Of a stretch of DNA of 64,000 nucleotides, positions 62,766 through 64,000 are shown piece by piece (within the stretch, counting starts at the first letter, position 1; each line of letters starts with the position of its first letter). A program made the translations under genes and the position numbers. The notes beneath the pieces were generated by a model. It did no database searches. It saw nothing but the letters and a program-made list of their open reading frames with translations, and was not told where the DNA came from. Source of the stretch: Harriotta raleighana (Eukaryota); NCBI GenBank assembly GCA_050575255.1, contig JBNZDD010013732.1, forward strand, positions 5,984,777-6,048,776. The letters are read 5' to 3'.

Positions 62766-64000
62766 CAGAAACAGTATTGTATTAAGTGCTATGTCTGTCA
62801 GCTGGTGTGTATGACGGGTCTGATTGTCCTGCATGTTTTTTGTCAATCACTCAAAAACTGTGTTTAAGAGTTGTTACTGAATATCCATGTTCAATTACTT
62901 CTGGTCACATTTGCATTTGAAAGAAAGACATGTGCACACATACAGATTCCACATAGAAGGTACATGTCCAACCCAGAGCACGACTGAATCGACTGCGTAA
63001 TGCAGTTTCTTTTTGGTCAGCCGGGTGTCCATGAATGTGATGAAATGTAAGTTTTGGGCAATCCAATTGTCACTTGTTATATTTAAGGTAATCTCCTGTG
63101 TGGATCTGAGAAGCAGAATACCCCAATGTATTTGATACTAGATCAAATACATTGACTGAATGTATTACCTCTTACCCGTATTAAAGATTATTCACAGGTT
63201 TATAAGTATTCCAAGTTTGTTTTTCGCGCTCTTGTTGGCCTGCCCAGACCTGTTCCGAACATTTCCTGAACTTGCCATCCTGGTTCTGACCAAGTCTGAT
63301 TTCCTTCAGTTACTCAATATTGCTCTCCTTTGCCACGCCTCATCATAAACATCAACACCATCTCTCCCCACCCCCCAGTGCCCTTGCTAAAATAGTCATC
63401 ACCTCTGCTCATGCATGTACATCATTCTATAGTTACAATGATTGAGAATGGCTCCCCATCGCCCATTCGTTCTCCAGTGATCACTGCGGGAAGGTGTGCA
63501 TGTTGGTACAGTAGCAAAAATCTCGGAGGCTTGGTAATTTGACATCTTTTATGGGAATAACATTAGGTCACAATATAATGAGCATAATTCATGCGCTTTA
63601 GTGAGCAGGAAGCCAAGAATTCTAAGCTTGCGTAAAGTGCTGGAAGGTAAGTGATGTCCAACTATTTTACTGAAATTCTTATGAAAAAGTAGCATAGTTG
63701 GTGGTTGGCCAAGTGGTGAAATACAGTCAGTTCTGATCCTTTTCAACACACACCATTCCAAGATCTCTTGCCTCCATTTTTAATAGTTCTGACATCTGGT
63801 ACTTTTATTAACTCCACTCACTTTTCTCATCCTTTGTTAAAGGGACAATCCTCACCTGACCTCTTCTCATTTGCTGGATGTTGTCTTTATTTGCTCATTT
63901 GTCTATTTTATGTTTGGCCTACAAAACATATAGCTTATTCATTTCACAGTTTTTTCTGGTAAGCACGTTTGAATCATTTTACTGATGGGATGAGGCACTA

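Overview
Vertebrate genomic DNA. The repeat content (L2-tailed tRNA SINEs, Deu-domain SINEs, L2/CR1 LINEs, Penelope-type palindromes) points to a cartilaginous fish, probably a holocephalan. Two spliced genes on the + strand can be reconstructed by hand. ARFGAP3 has 16 coding exons (6624-31861, 517 aa), a CpG-island/ETS promoter and one GC-AG intron. A secreted FAM180-family gene has 3 coding exons (49452-59971, 166 aa). The rest is intron or intergenic DNA rich in SINEs, LINE fragments and Tc1/mariner- and hAT-type MITEs, with several assembly gaps and gap-edge duplications. Main observations: (1) a candidate 45-nt cassette exon and a candidate 3-nt microexon with RBFOX/QKI motifs in ARFGAP3 intron 7; (2) a FAM180 gene next to ARFGAP3 whose orthology is open; (3) a hammerhead-ribozyme core inside a long palindrome; (4) decayed Cys-repeat coding-like remnants on the minus strand on both sides of ARFGAP3; (5) a diverged duplicate of the ARFGAP3 3' UTR/polyA site. 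I found no convincing evidence of a wholly new multi-gene system. All homology calls come from recalled sequences rather than searches, and repeat boundaries are approximate.
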